Assembly (NCBI GenBank): GCA_000934665.2
Contig: KZ538004.1
Location: 1-64,000, forward strand
Source: Catajapyx aquilonaris
Taxonomy: Eukaryota
Length of the DNA stretch: 64,000 nucleotides
Reading direction: 5' to 3'
Shown: one piece after another, positions 26,066 to 36,732 of the stretch
How positions within the stretch are numbered: position 1 is the stretch's first letter
Layout of the letters: each line of letters opens with the position of its first letter
Made by a program: the position numbers and the translations under genes
Notes under the pieces: generated by a model
Told to the model about the DNA's origin: nothing
What the model saw: only the letters and a program-made list of their open reading frames with translations
The model's database searches: none

Positions 26066-28515
26066 TGTAGTGCCCCACGATGAGTACGTCAGAGACCACA
26101 GAATAACACACGGGGAAGGGTATAAGAACCAGTTTGGAACTGTATTCAGAACAACTACACAGCGTCCGATCAGGAGAACGGCCAGTATCGAACTACCCAA
26201 CAACATCAATAACGCAGTGACCAGGCAACCATCAACAGCCAGTTGCCCGGACACTACATTCTTCCCCCCTTAAAAATGGAACGAGAACTATCTCGTTCCA
26301 ACAATCCTCTTCCTCCAGCCGGGACCACATTTTTCATCTTCTACTTCTTTCTCCAGTTCCTCCAGACTGGCCCTTTCCAGCTGGAGTTTCTTTCTTGCTC
26401 CTGTTGCAAGCGATCTTCTGCATCTGATGCTGCTGCTTCCCCACTTGTGAACTCTGCAGCCTCATCCTTGTCACCATCTGCAACGTCCTTCAGCAGCTTC
26501 CCAAGGTCACATTCCGTTGTGTCGTTCCACAGCTCGTCTTCTACGGGCTTCTCTGGGTCACCAGCATCTGCATTACTACCAGCATCACCACCAGACTTCT
26601 CAAGCTCATCAGCATCAGGTTGACCACCAGACTCTTCATGATCAACATCTGCATCTGCTTGCTCACCAGTCTCTGGGTCCTCCTCGTCCTCCAGACTCTT
26701 CTCCTCAGCCTGATGGGCACAGTGCTTCTCCAGTAGGATCTCCTCTCGATCCCCCCAGCATCTTCTTGCCCCCCAACTGGATGGTACAATGCTTCGGCAT
26801 CCTCTTCCCGGCACCGGACATTCGCCTTCCTCTTCTGTTTCGTAGTACTAGCATCTTCATCTTCACCCTCATCAGCCTGCGTTGGCAACAGCAAACTCAC
26901 GGGATCATCTGCCTCTGGTCGTTTCTTCCTCGGCCTCAAGGTATTCTCGCCGTCTTCCAGATCTTCCGTCGCTGGCCCCTGGACCTGCATGACATCTGGC
27001 TCTCTGCAGCATCTTGACGAATACATCACCAGCACCATCAGCATCACCACAGGTGTGGCAAACATTCCTCGTACCCGGGCCTCGTCTTTACCTTCTGATG
27101 GGAAAGTGCAGCATTCTTTCCTGGTAGACACGGCAGCTCCATCTTCGCTGCGATCTCCTGCTTGTCCTGACTCTTGGACTCCCCAGCTTCACGCTTCGGC
27201 TGCTCCATCACTAGGTGCAGCATCCCCATGTCGCACCTGGGCATCTCTTTGTCTGCGACGGTAGTCTTCTTTCAGGCTCGGCATCGCCAGCTCCATCTCC
27301 GCCGCGATGTCCTGCCTGGTCACACCCCTGGTCTCTCCATAGTCACCTTCTGGCTGCTCCGTCGCTGGCTGTGATGCAGTACCATCGCACCTGGGCCTCT
27401 CCTTGCCCTCCATCATGACGATGCAGCTATGTAGCCTTTCTTCTCCAGCACGATTCCCCTGCAGCAAGGCCACCCCGGAAACGAATGGTAAACGTAATCC
27501 CGGGATGACCATGTCAGGAATCTTCCTGGGGTTTCCCATCTCTTGGAAACCCCTGCAGCTGGTCTCTTCAACAGTAGAGGTCACCTTCCCCCCGCTGTCA
27601 ACTCCTTCCCAGCCAGACATCAGCAGCTCCAACTCAGCAGCTCTGTCCTGGCTGGCCCCACACTCGGACGTCCCAGTGTCCCATCTCCACAGCTCCCTTC
27701 TGCCGTTGTCTGGCAACGTCGACTCGCCACTAATTATAAGCTTCTTCTGGTGTGTTTGCTCCGTCTCCAAGGCGCCTCCTTCGCCGTCGTGTGGCAACGT
27801 CACCTTGTCCCTCATTGTTGGCTCCACGGTTGGCTCCATTGGCTCTTTCCGGTTTGTTTGGAACACAGCAACTCTCGCAAACATCGCCTTCCTTTCTTCC
27901 AAGTACTTGCGCGACAACTCGTCTTCCCAGGCCTGCAGCCCCTCGTCGTGGCTCTGACGATCAGCCTCCTCGGCCATCTGCATCCGCACGAACTCGCCTC
28001 GCATATCTCTCCGGAGTTTCTCCTCCATGGATGCTCTTCCATGAGGCAGGTGGCCACCTCGCAACGCCTGGTAGTCTCCAACTCGACCCCCCTTGCTTCC
28101 CTGCCACCTACCCGGAGTTCTCTCCTCCCTGGTCTCCATCCTGCGCCTCAGTCCTTCCACCAATACATCCTTCCAATGTACTTGGCTGGCTCCACAGCTC
28201 TCTTCAGCTTTGGCGCACCTCTCTTCCCCAAGAATGTCTCTCAGCTGATCGAGGAATGCCATCTTCCTCGCAACTTCCGAACCGGCGGTTTCGCTATCCC
28301 AAATTCTGACACCAATTTGTAGTGCCCCACGATGAGTACGTCAGAGACACCACAGAATAACACTCGGGGAAGGGTATAAGAACCAGTTTGGAACTGTATT
28401 CAGGACAACAACTACACAGCGTCCGATCAGGAGAACGGCCAGTATCGAACTACCCAACAACATCAATAACGCAGTGACCAGGCAACCATCAACAGCCAGT
28501 TGCCTGGACACTACA
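26066..28515 (-). mobile_element. Non-autonomous LTR retrotransposon (Ty3/Gypsy-like), 2450 bp
   Basis: LTRs 26066-26258 and 28318-28515 (TGTAGTG...CACTACA), 4-bp TSD ATAC, PBS TGGTGTCAGAA (tRNA-Leu-like), PPT AAGGGGGAAGAA-type. No RT/IN motifs seen. Confidence 0.92.
27189..28262 (-). CDS. 357-aa ORF in the gag position of the LTR element
   Basis: Starts about 50 nt after the PBS; charged and helical. No CCHC knuckle or protease motif recognised. Confidence 0.5.
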   Translation of the reverse strand: MAFLDQLRDILGEERCAKAEESCGASQVHWKDVLVEGLRRRMETREERTPGRWQGSKGGRVGDYQALRGGHLPHGRASMEEKLRRDMRGEFVRMQMAEEADRQSHDEGLQAWEDELSRKYLEERKAMFARVAVFQTNRKEPMEPTVEPTMRDKVTLPHDGEGGALETEQTHQKKLIISGESTLPDNGRRELWRWDTGTSECGASQDRAAELELLMSGWEGVDSGGKVTSTVEETSCRGFQEMGNPRKIPDMVIPGLRLPFVSGVALLQGNRAGEERLHSCIVMMEGKERPRCDGTASQPATEQPEGDYGETRGVTRQDIAAEMELAMPSLKEDYRRRQRDAQVRHGDAAPSDGAAEA

Positions 28516-28600
28516 ATACCATTTTAGCCCTTGAGGGAAAATATGCTGTTTTTGATTACTCACAAAGGAACCTCTCGAAGTGCTACATGAAATTCATGTA

Positions 28601-29579
28601 AGGTAAAGTGGGGGAAGTGCACAATCGGGGGAAGTGCATCTCTGGTTGCTAGCTGGGGATGTGTGAAAGGTATTGCTGCGCCATGTGTCGTCCTACTAGT
28701 GAATACTATGGTCTTGTAATCTGGCACAAGGGGGGAGGTTTACCTGCCCTTTTTGTCCAGAAGCACATGCTGTTTCGCGAGTTCTGCACTGCCTACTCCT
28801 GATGTGAGATACCTGCCAGCAACATCTGAGCGAGTTTTTCCGTTAAGTTTCCATCACCCAGTGTCCCTACTACACAGTTGTGGTGGCGTTCAACAGTATT
28901 ATATGTATGTACAGTATGAGTGATGGAAGTGGGTAATCATTGAATGTGGCGGGGGGGTATGCACTTCCCCCCGGAAAATGTACGGCTGGGGCAAGTGCAC
29001 CTCTGCTGCTTGGGGTAAGTGCACTCATGATGTACCACATAATAATTGAGTTCATTTTCTGTGTGAATGTTACATTTTACACTTACGCTACATTTACTTT
29101 ACAATACATGTTACACTTACTGGCACTAGCTTACTCTGAGCCTTCCGTGTTCCAAAGCAGCAAATGTCAAAATGGGGAGGACTTACTTACTTACTTACGC
29201 AGTTATACGCAATGAAGTTCGTATCTCCTGAACAAATTGAGATATCATCATTCTGTAAATGGTATGTTTTAGCTCTGATTTTGATTATGACGCACTGCCC
29301 CCATCGCAGCAGAAATATAATTGCATGCAGGAATTGGATGGGGGGGGATACACTTACCCCGGGTGCCGGGGGAAGTGCACACCTCATGCATTGTTCCGCA
29401 TGATTGTTGCTGCCTTGGAAACACTTCGTTATGAACCATTCTCCTTCTAACAGTGTCTTAGTAATGGACAGGAGTAACTGCAGGCAAAATTTCATTCAGA
29501 TACAAGGATCAGGTGGGATGCGATAGATGATTTAAAGTGATCTATTACAAAACAGGGGTGCACTTCCCCCACTTTACCT
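28601..29579. mobile_element. Tc1/pogo-type MITE (TA TSD)
   Basis: TA|AGGTAAAGTGGGGGAAGTGCAC...GTGCACTTCCCCCACTTTACCT|TA, with internal GGGGAAGTGCAC repeats. Confidence 0.88.
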
Positions 29580-29956
29580 TATAAATAATTTTTTTCAGGT
29601 TCCTTTCCTGCTCGAAAGACCGTACCCTTGCGGAGAAATCCTCGATCACAAGCGGTTTGAGATATGGGGGTCAAAAGGTCAAAAATGGGACACTTTATGA
29701 CAGGGTTGGCTGTTTAAACCATGCAATGGTTTAAATCAAGTGGTTAAAAAAAATAACCATCATGGTTTTTTATGAAAAGTAATCCCAATTACTGCTAAAA
29801 TTTACTTATCAAGGTGCACGGCAGTGCACCCCGCCAAGTCATCACTCCACACCACTCCACTGTGAACCTTTTACTATACCCCCTTCGTATACTACATTTG
29901 ACCTCCTTCCAGCTCAGCTCGGGAAAAGGCTGGAGATCCGAGCTTTACAAAATAGA

Positions 29957-30407
29957 GGGGCTGTTTTTGCTCCCTCTCCAGGAAGATGGAGAGGGGGCGT
30001 GGCCTCTCCCCGAGCGTTTTTGGTGCCTCTCCAGAAAGTTGGAGAGGGGGGAAAAGGGGGGTGAAGTGGGCGGAGCTCTCCACAAAATCCCCAAAAGTGT
30101 CTTCTCTCCTCGGAGGTGGAAGAGACTTTCTGGAGAGGGGGCTGGAGCGGAGGGAGGGCGGGAAGCGGGTGAAGGTTTAAGAATTAAACGTCACCAAGGA
30201 TTTGGTTGCAGAATTAAACCTCCTTGGGCCCAGGGTCCTCGCCTCGCGCTCTTCTCAACTGTTTTGAGTGCTTTCTCCCCTAGCTACACCATTCCGCCCG
30301 TTTTTGGGTTTAATAGTGGAGAGGGGGGATGTGGGGGATATTCCGGAAGCCCCGCCCTCTTCCACCTCTCCTCTCCATCTTCCTGGAGAGGGACCAAAAA
30401 CAGCCCC
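29957..30407. repeat. Inverted repeat in a GGAGAG-rich element
   Basis: GGGGCTGTTTTTG(C/G)TCCCTCTCCAGGAAGATGGAGAG at 29957 and inverted at 30371-30407. Confidence 0.6.
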
Positions 30408-31239
30408 AGAATGGCATGGGCCCAGGGACCCTACAAAAAAATATTCATAATTTTGTGACAAAAGGTTCTAGAGATATAACACCTCAAACAAGGCCATTTT
30501 TCTTCCAATAATATATTATACATATATAGGTGGTGATAATCAAATTGATCATGTACTTACAGCTATCATAGAGACACCAAATTTGGCATAAATATAGGTT
30601 GCGGTCTGGGACACTAGGGAAAAGTCCTAACTGTGGTATATTATCTTTTTAAAGATGTATTGTAATTGTTTTTGTCTTTCCTCTGCATTTTTGGTGGTAT
30701 TCAGAGTCATGGATGTTGTAATTCAAATTTACAAGCTAGGTAACAAAATTCAGTACCTTGGGTGTCCATAGTGTCCAAGTCACTGTCTAAAAACTCCTCT
30801 TGTTTTCTAGCACTTGAAAATACTGTTTTTAACTCACTTTTTGACTTATCCCATATCCACATCCCTGAGAAGTACCCTTAATGTGAATAATTCACAATTT
30901 TGGCTTCATGATTGCATTTCTCATCGCGTGAAATTTCCACGTTGGCTGACTACTGTTGGACTCTCACCAGAGATGAACCCTTGGATGAACCTGAGCAGCT
31001 ATACAAGCAACAGGCAAAGCAACTTAGGAAGTAAAAGTGGACTTTCACTGGTACATGTCACATGCATGCATTATTTTATAACATAGCTAGGCTACTATTT
31101 CGGATTTCTCATAAATCTGAGCCAATTTTGCATATCATTGCCATATTCGTGTTCAGCACCTTGAAATCATTAAGAAATGACTACTTTATTCACAAAATAG
31201 TACAATTTGTTGTCCAGCATAATTTTATAAGTAGGCTAC

Positions 31240-31525
31240 CTTTATGTAATATGAAAACAGGAACGGCATCTTCCTTGAGCTTCAGTTGACCTGCTCTATC
31301 AGTCCTTTTGTCCAACAAATCCTCCGGTTCAACAATGTCTGTGTTGAGAAAGTGGTCTGAGCAGACCTTGGAGTTTTGTGGGTCAAGAATGATCCTCATC
31401 CACTTGTACAAGAGGTTAGTATTGGTTGGAAACGGGAAGTAACACGTCGAGCTGTCAGACCGTCCCGACTCGATGTGATTGGGACAAGCAGATATGCAGC
31501 ACACGTCTTGGAAGCCTGGTATCAT
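31240..31525 (-). CDS. THAP domain exon (first coding exon of the THAP-C2H2 gene)
   Basis: CCISAC..YFPFP..W..VCSDHF..LKLKEDAVP is the C2CH THAP signature with AVP box. Donor AAAG|GTAGCC (phase 1). Upstream acceptor at 31600 and UTR donor at 31716. Confidence 0.85.
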
Positions 31526-32661
31526 TTTGGCCGTCCGCTGAGCAGTCCCTGCCTCTCACGAACACTGACAGACCTTATCCGTACCAGTCACCACAGAGGC
31601 CTGTAACAAAAGAGCCGATATTCAGTCGTTCACTTGTAATATTGTGCTGCAGACGGCCAGGACCAGACCATCCAACATGTCATAAAGTTAGGCCATTCTG
31701 CCCATGCTCGACTCACCCCAGTCATAGAGCTGCCCCAGTTCCTCAATCCAGCTCATGAGCTGTGGTTTTGGCAAATTCCGGCAGCGGATAAATATGGCGC
31801 AAACATGGTCGTACAGATTTCCTGATACGTTCCCCGGATGACGGTTTATGTACAGTCAGGTCAAGATTACTCGACCCACACCACATTTCTAATCAAGGGG
31901 TTAATGGAGTCTAAGAAAATAATAATTATCTACATACAGTATAGACATAACGAATTAAAGATGAAATTAAGAGGTTTTGCCCGTAAGAGTCGATGACTGT
32001 GGCTGTCAAGGGCATCACCCAGCCCAGACCCAGCCCTGACACACAACACACCTATAGGCTAATAGAGGCAGCACAAAAAAACGGCCCATGATTGGCACGA
32101 TATTGGTCCATGGTCGCGAAACTGCCGGTTTACGGCCAATGTCGGCCCTAAAACGGCAGCAAATCTAACCCCGATATGTGACTCCCTCAGAAAGTAGTGT
32201 GGCGGTTACAGGTCTATGGCCAATGTCGGCCCTAAAACATACGGCAGCCGATCTAATCTAACCCAGATATAGCCTCTTGGCAGTTTCCCGCGTCGAGATG
32301 GCGCTGCCGTCGGATTATCATCGTCTTCTCCGATTTATCCCACAACAATGCGAATTAATTTTGGCACATTTTGGCCATTACACGTGTGAAAAGGTGGCAG
32401 GAAACTCCACTGCATGCGGCTCATTTACCCCCGAGGTACTTCATTGTGACATTAATTTGCTAGAGCCGTTCGATGGCAATGCTGTTTGGTGCGAGCAGGA
32501 GATACCGCGGTATGGCAAGGCGACTTTTTCTACGAAACTCAACAAGAACAGCCATACACCAACGGCCCTCCAGACGTCACCCGGTCAAAGCTAAATGCTA
32601 AAAAAAGCCACTTCCCGTGATTCTGACTACACAGACATTGATGGCCATATCGGGCAGCATC

Positions 32662-32716
<55 letters not shown>

Positions 32717-32884
32717 CGGGGAGGTAAATAGCTAAAAAAAGAGAGAGGCATTTCCACGGGAATGCAAATTGATTTATTGTTATTGATGTAAGCTAATTGT
32801 TGAGGCAGGAATATGCGTGTTGTGGGAGTTACTACATTTTCGGAAGCTGAAACATGCGGCGTTAGATTCCTTGGAAAAAGTAAC

Positions 32885-33222
32885 CCCCGATATGCTAATT
32901 TAAGTCGGTGTAAGGGCCTTCCCCTGGATTTCTATAAGGGACAAACATCCAAACTCACAAACTAACAACAAGGGAGGGAACCTTTATTTCGTCTTGATGG
33001 AACCTTTTTGACGTAGCGCCCGGGCCCACGGGCAGGCTGACTGGAAGGGGATGTGCAAGGTGCAAGTGCAATTCTCAAACGGTATATTTTGTGAACTCCC
33101 CCAGGTGGATTAGTCTGAGGAGATTCCACCCGAAACGAAGCCAGAGACGACCCAACTCTGCACGGGATGAAGGAGGGAACCTCGGGCTGGGATCGAACCC
33201 GACGTTTCCGCAGCGCCACTTT
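32885..33222 (-). mobile_element. SINE family B
   Basis: Reverse complement aligns to the 15238 and 58230 copies; tail differs. Confidence 0.75.
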
Positions 33223-33805
33223 GTATCCCCTAGGAAATGCCCTTATGCCACAATACCTAGCAAATTAAACCATCTCCGTAAATTCAGCGCATCCACCAAT
33301 AACGCTAATTGGCCACCTCACGTGACTTCGTATTCTATGGTAATTCCGGGATTTTGTGGGATTTGAAAGTAGACTTCCAGACAAAGTAAATACAATTAAA
33401 TAATACAGTATTTGCAAAATACTACTCCGTGTTGAAAACAAAATTTCCCATCATACATCTGTACGTACATTTCTAAAGTTATTCAGAGCAAACATATGGA
33501 ACGAGGTGGGGGTGTGAAGTGGGGTTGGGGGGGGGGGGGGCAAGGGTTCAAAAATGCAGGGGGGAAAAACACATGGCTGTGCAGTCTTTTCCTGGGCCAA
33601 CTCCATCCGCATTCCTCCTTTTACACACCCAATCAGAATATCCGTGTCGACTGCACGCTATAAGACAAGCAGGTAATCTATCACAGATATGTACGGGATA
33701 CCCCTATCTTTACCAGCACCCCAACATACCCGTGCAACGCCGGGTAACCTGCTAGTTATCACTATAGCTGCAGTGCTACTCCTTACCAATTACACTTACT
33801 TGTTA

Positions 33806-34020
33806 AAGCCAGTATCCACGTTAGAGTTTCTCTCATAAGAGTCCTCTTACGCGAGAAATCTTGTACGTCGATACGGACTCTTTGTCGCCTCAGGGCCCCT
33901 CTTGTCCCTCTATAAAAGGGGATTAAAGTTGAAAATTTGCAACTTTTCCTCTTTCCTCGTATCCGGGCATGCGCAGTTGGCTCCTCTTATGAGAGAAAAC
34001 TCTTACGTCGGTACCGGCCT
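33806..34020. mobile_element. PIF/Harbinger-type MITE (TTA TSD)
   Basis: Imperfect TIR, AAGCCAGTATCCACGTTAGAGTTTCTCTCATAAGAG versus AGGCCGGTACCGACGTAAGAGTTTTCTCTCATAAGAG. Confidence 0.7.
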
Positions 34021-34639
34021 TTATGACCCTGATGGAAGTGACTCAAGAGACGAGAGGCTCTGGCGACCTTGATGAAAGTCCAACCGGGGGAAAAATAAAA
34101 CCAATGTTCTTCCAACAATGCAGTGCAACCACCCATGGGCAAAAATGATCACTACTTTCACTATACAAGCATTAATATAAATAAGGCTCATTTTCGGAAT
34201 TTTTCGGAATTTCCCATATCTCGGACCTAAAAATCAGCCAGGGGGGAGCAGATCTAGGAGCGGCAAAAACCTAAATACGTCACTGACTGTGAATTTAATG
34301 TTTTGGTCCAAAAAACTGACATAGTCCAAATCGGGTAATTTTGGTTAGGTTATTTGTCCCAACCACCTCAACTCTGGTGGTGTTGGTGGTTCAGCTGAGG
34401 TCAAACAAACAGATTTATTGGCAAGTTTTGGGTACCTCGTCAGGCCGAGGTACCCAAAACTTGGACTCTTTCGGTTTAAGTGACCTTTCCACGTAATTTG
34501 GTAATTAGACAGTATAGACACCGCTAAGACGAATGGTGACCATGACCATGCCTCGTATGTCAGACACGTAATTTAATCCCTATGACGTCATATTTCAAAA
34601 TGGCCGCACCATAAAGGCTACATGCCCCAGAGGCGCAGG

Positions 34640-34718
34640 CGAAAGGTAACTCCCCGGGCAGGGATTAGAATCCGGGACCTTTCGCACACAGCAAGCCGAG
34701 ACGTTACCATCTCGGCCG
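34640..34718 (-). mobile_element. SINE family A head fragment
   Basis: GGGACCTTTC..CAGCAAGCCGAGACGTTACCATCTCGGCC matches other family A copies. Confidence 0.7.
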
Positions 34719-35540
34719 AGAATGTGCTTTGCTTTCATAGTTATAACCAGCGGCTTGGTTTTCAGTTCATAAATGCTAATTGTTCAGAAGCACGTGCCAT
34801 CTGACATGTGAAAATATGAACACATTTTGTTGCTGCATTTGAACACAATTCAGCACACAGATTTTTATAACTTTCATAAAAGTAGTTCGTAGGTGTCAAT
34901 CTTTTTGGCAAGTTGGTTGCAATGTCATCCTGCGTTGACCAATGCACAGAAGTGTAATGTACAAGATGTCATACAAGGTGATTCTCTTGAATCTCAACCC
35001 AAACATTCCTCAATAACTTTTAATTATTGGATCGTTTGTACCTCCCACCTTTATAATCCACTCTGCTTTACAAATTCTTGGGGTTATCACTCACACATTC
35101 AATGGAGACTGCACATTGCGGGCAAAAAATTTTTTCGCATACGCCAGCCTGGAGAGTCAAGATAATCCTTATAGCTTTACCATTTCCCACCCTATTTTTT
35201 ACACCCTTCTGGTCAATTATGCATTTCTGAAAGGATTTCTGTGGACCCAGCCAAGCATGAGCAATCAATGTATTGTTTACCTAACAGACTGATCTTTCAA
35301 TAGGATGATGCCGCGAGGATGATTCAGCATTGTTGGAGCAGCCACTGCATATTATTGTGCTTCTGGTAGTATCGCCGTTGCCCTATCATTGCATGTGATG
35401 TACTGTAAGCTAAATTTTGCCAAACTTTCCACAGAATTCCTACTTGAATTACAACTCCTGACTTCAATAGTTCCATATGTTCCCACTTGATTAGGAAGTA
35501 GGTACTTGGGGATCAGAAATGATTCTTTCAGCTGCAGCTC

Positions 35541-35618
35541 ATATTGCTGTGGAGAAAGGAGCAGGGGTAGAAATAGAGCTCTCTATTTCTACCCCTTCTC
35601 CTTTCTCCACAGCAATAT
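35541..35618. repeat. 38-bp-stem hairpin
   Basis: ATATTGCTGTGGAGAAAGGAGCAGGGGTAGAAATAGAG, CT, then its inverse with one mismatch. Confidence 0.9.
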
Positions 35619-36206
35619 TCACCAAAGGGCAACTTTTATTTAGAGTATGACAGTGGAATTATTATTTCCATGGTACTTTTGTGCCACTGTTATGCTTATG
35701 CTGAACAAGATGGAGCTTTCCTTTTTGCACCACAGTTCAAAAGTAGTTACGAGTAATGGAAAGAGTGTCAGAGAGCAGGCAATGTGAAGCCATTGCAGCT
35801 ACTCACCATAGGGCTAACTACGACCATGTATAACTATGGGTGAATACCATACAACTTTGGTACTTTATATCCATTGTAGCAGTACCTGCAAATTATGGCA
35901 TTATTCGAGTATTTTGAAAAATTAATACAGAAATGATATTCTTGTCCTTGTTCTTGTCTGGGAAACCTGTACAACATGTGAAACCACAGCACTCAGGACT
36001 GTATTTTCCTGCACCCACTCCTTCCTCCCCTCCACTTTTCACCTCACCTTCCACCACATGATAATATATTATTGCACACCCATAGGGATATGTGTAGTTG
36101 AGGTAATACTGATATGCCACTGCATATTTACCTGGTCTCTCTGCTATTATGGGGCAGAAAATAACATCGTTAACCATTGAAACACAACTTTTAGAATATT
36201 ATCCTT

Positions 36207-36588
36207 TTATTGTTTTTTTGGACCTCCCTCCGGAGGGGGGGTCTGCTGCTGCTGGTGCTGCCGGTTGGCCCCCATCCCTGCAATATACATCCAATATTAC
36301 ACTCTGTAGGTACTGTACACCCGTGCATACCTGCAGGCATCATTCACACTCATGTGTAGTATGTACTCACCCAACAACGTGTCGTCATTGTGGGGGATGC
36401 ACCGGCAGCACCTGCAGGGGTCCAAATTGGACCATGGCCCCCCCTGGCCTGCGCAAGTACAAGTACAAATTAAGTTAGTATGCGTTGCGGGTGCAAGTCC
36501 GAGTGATGACTTGACCAGCATCCTTCTGCCGGGCTGACTTACTTCCGGAGGGAGGCCCGCCTGCTGCTGGTGTACCCTTTTGGTCCAT
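36207..36588 (-). CDS. Candidate 3-exon microprotein gene, 64 aa (exons 36588-36543, 36448-36371, 36277-36207)
   Basis: GTAAGT and GTGAGT donors, GCAG acceptors, 94- and 93-nt phase-1 introns, AATAAA overlapping the stop codon. Confidence 0.55.
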
Positions 36589-36600
36589 TTTGCGGTGATG

Positions 36601-36601
<1 letters not shown>

Positions 36602-36668
<67 letters not shown>

Positions 36669-36732
36669 GTTCCATTGATCCCAACTGGATTGATCCTAGT
36701 GTCATGAAATTATATATATATATATATATATA
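36602..36732. repeat. (CT)n and (TA)n microsatellites
   Basis: Directly visible, immediately upstream of the microgene ATG. Confidence 0.95.

Noticed and set aside
27403..28322. 184-259-aa plus-strand ORFs
   Set aside because: Antisense shadows of the GC-rich LTR-element ORF.
29814..30458. 214-aa ORF
   Set aside because: Low-complexity GGAGAG repeat with inverted arms and no domain.
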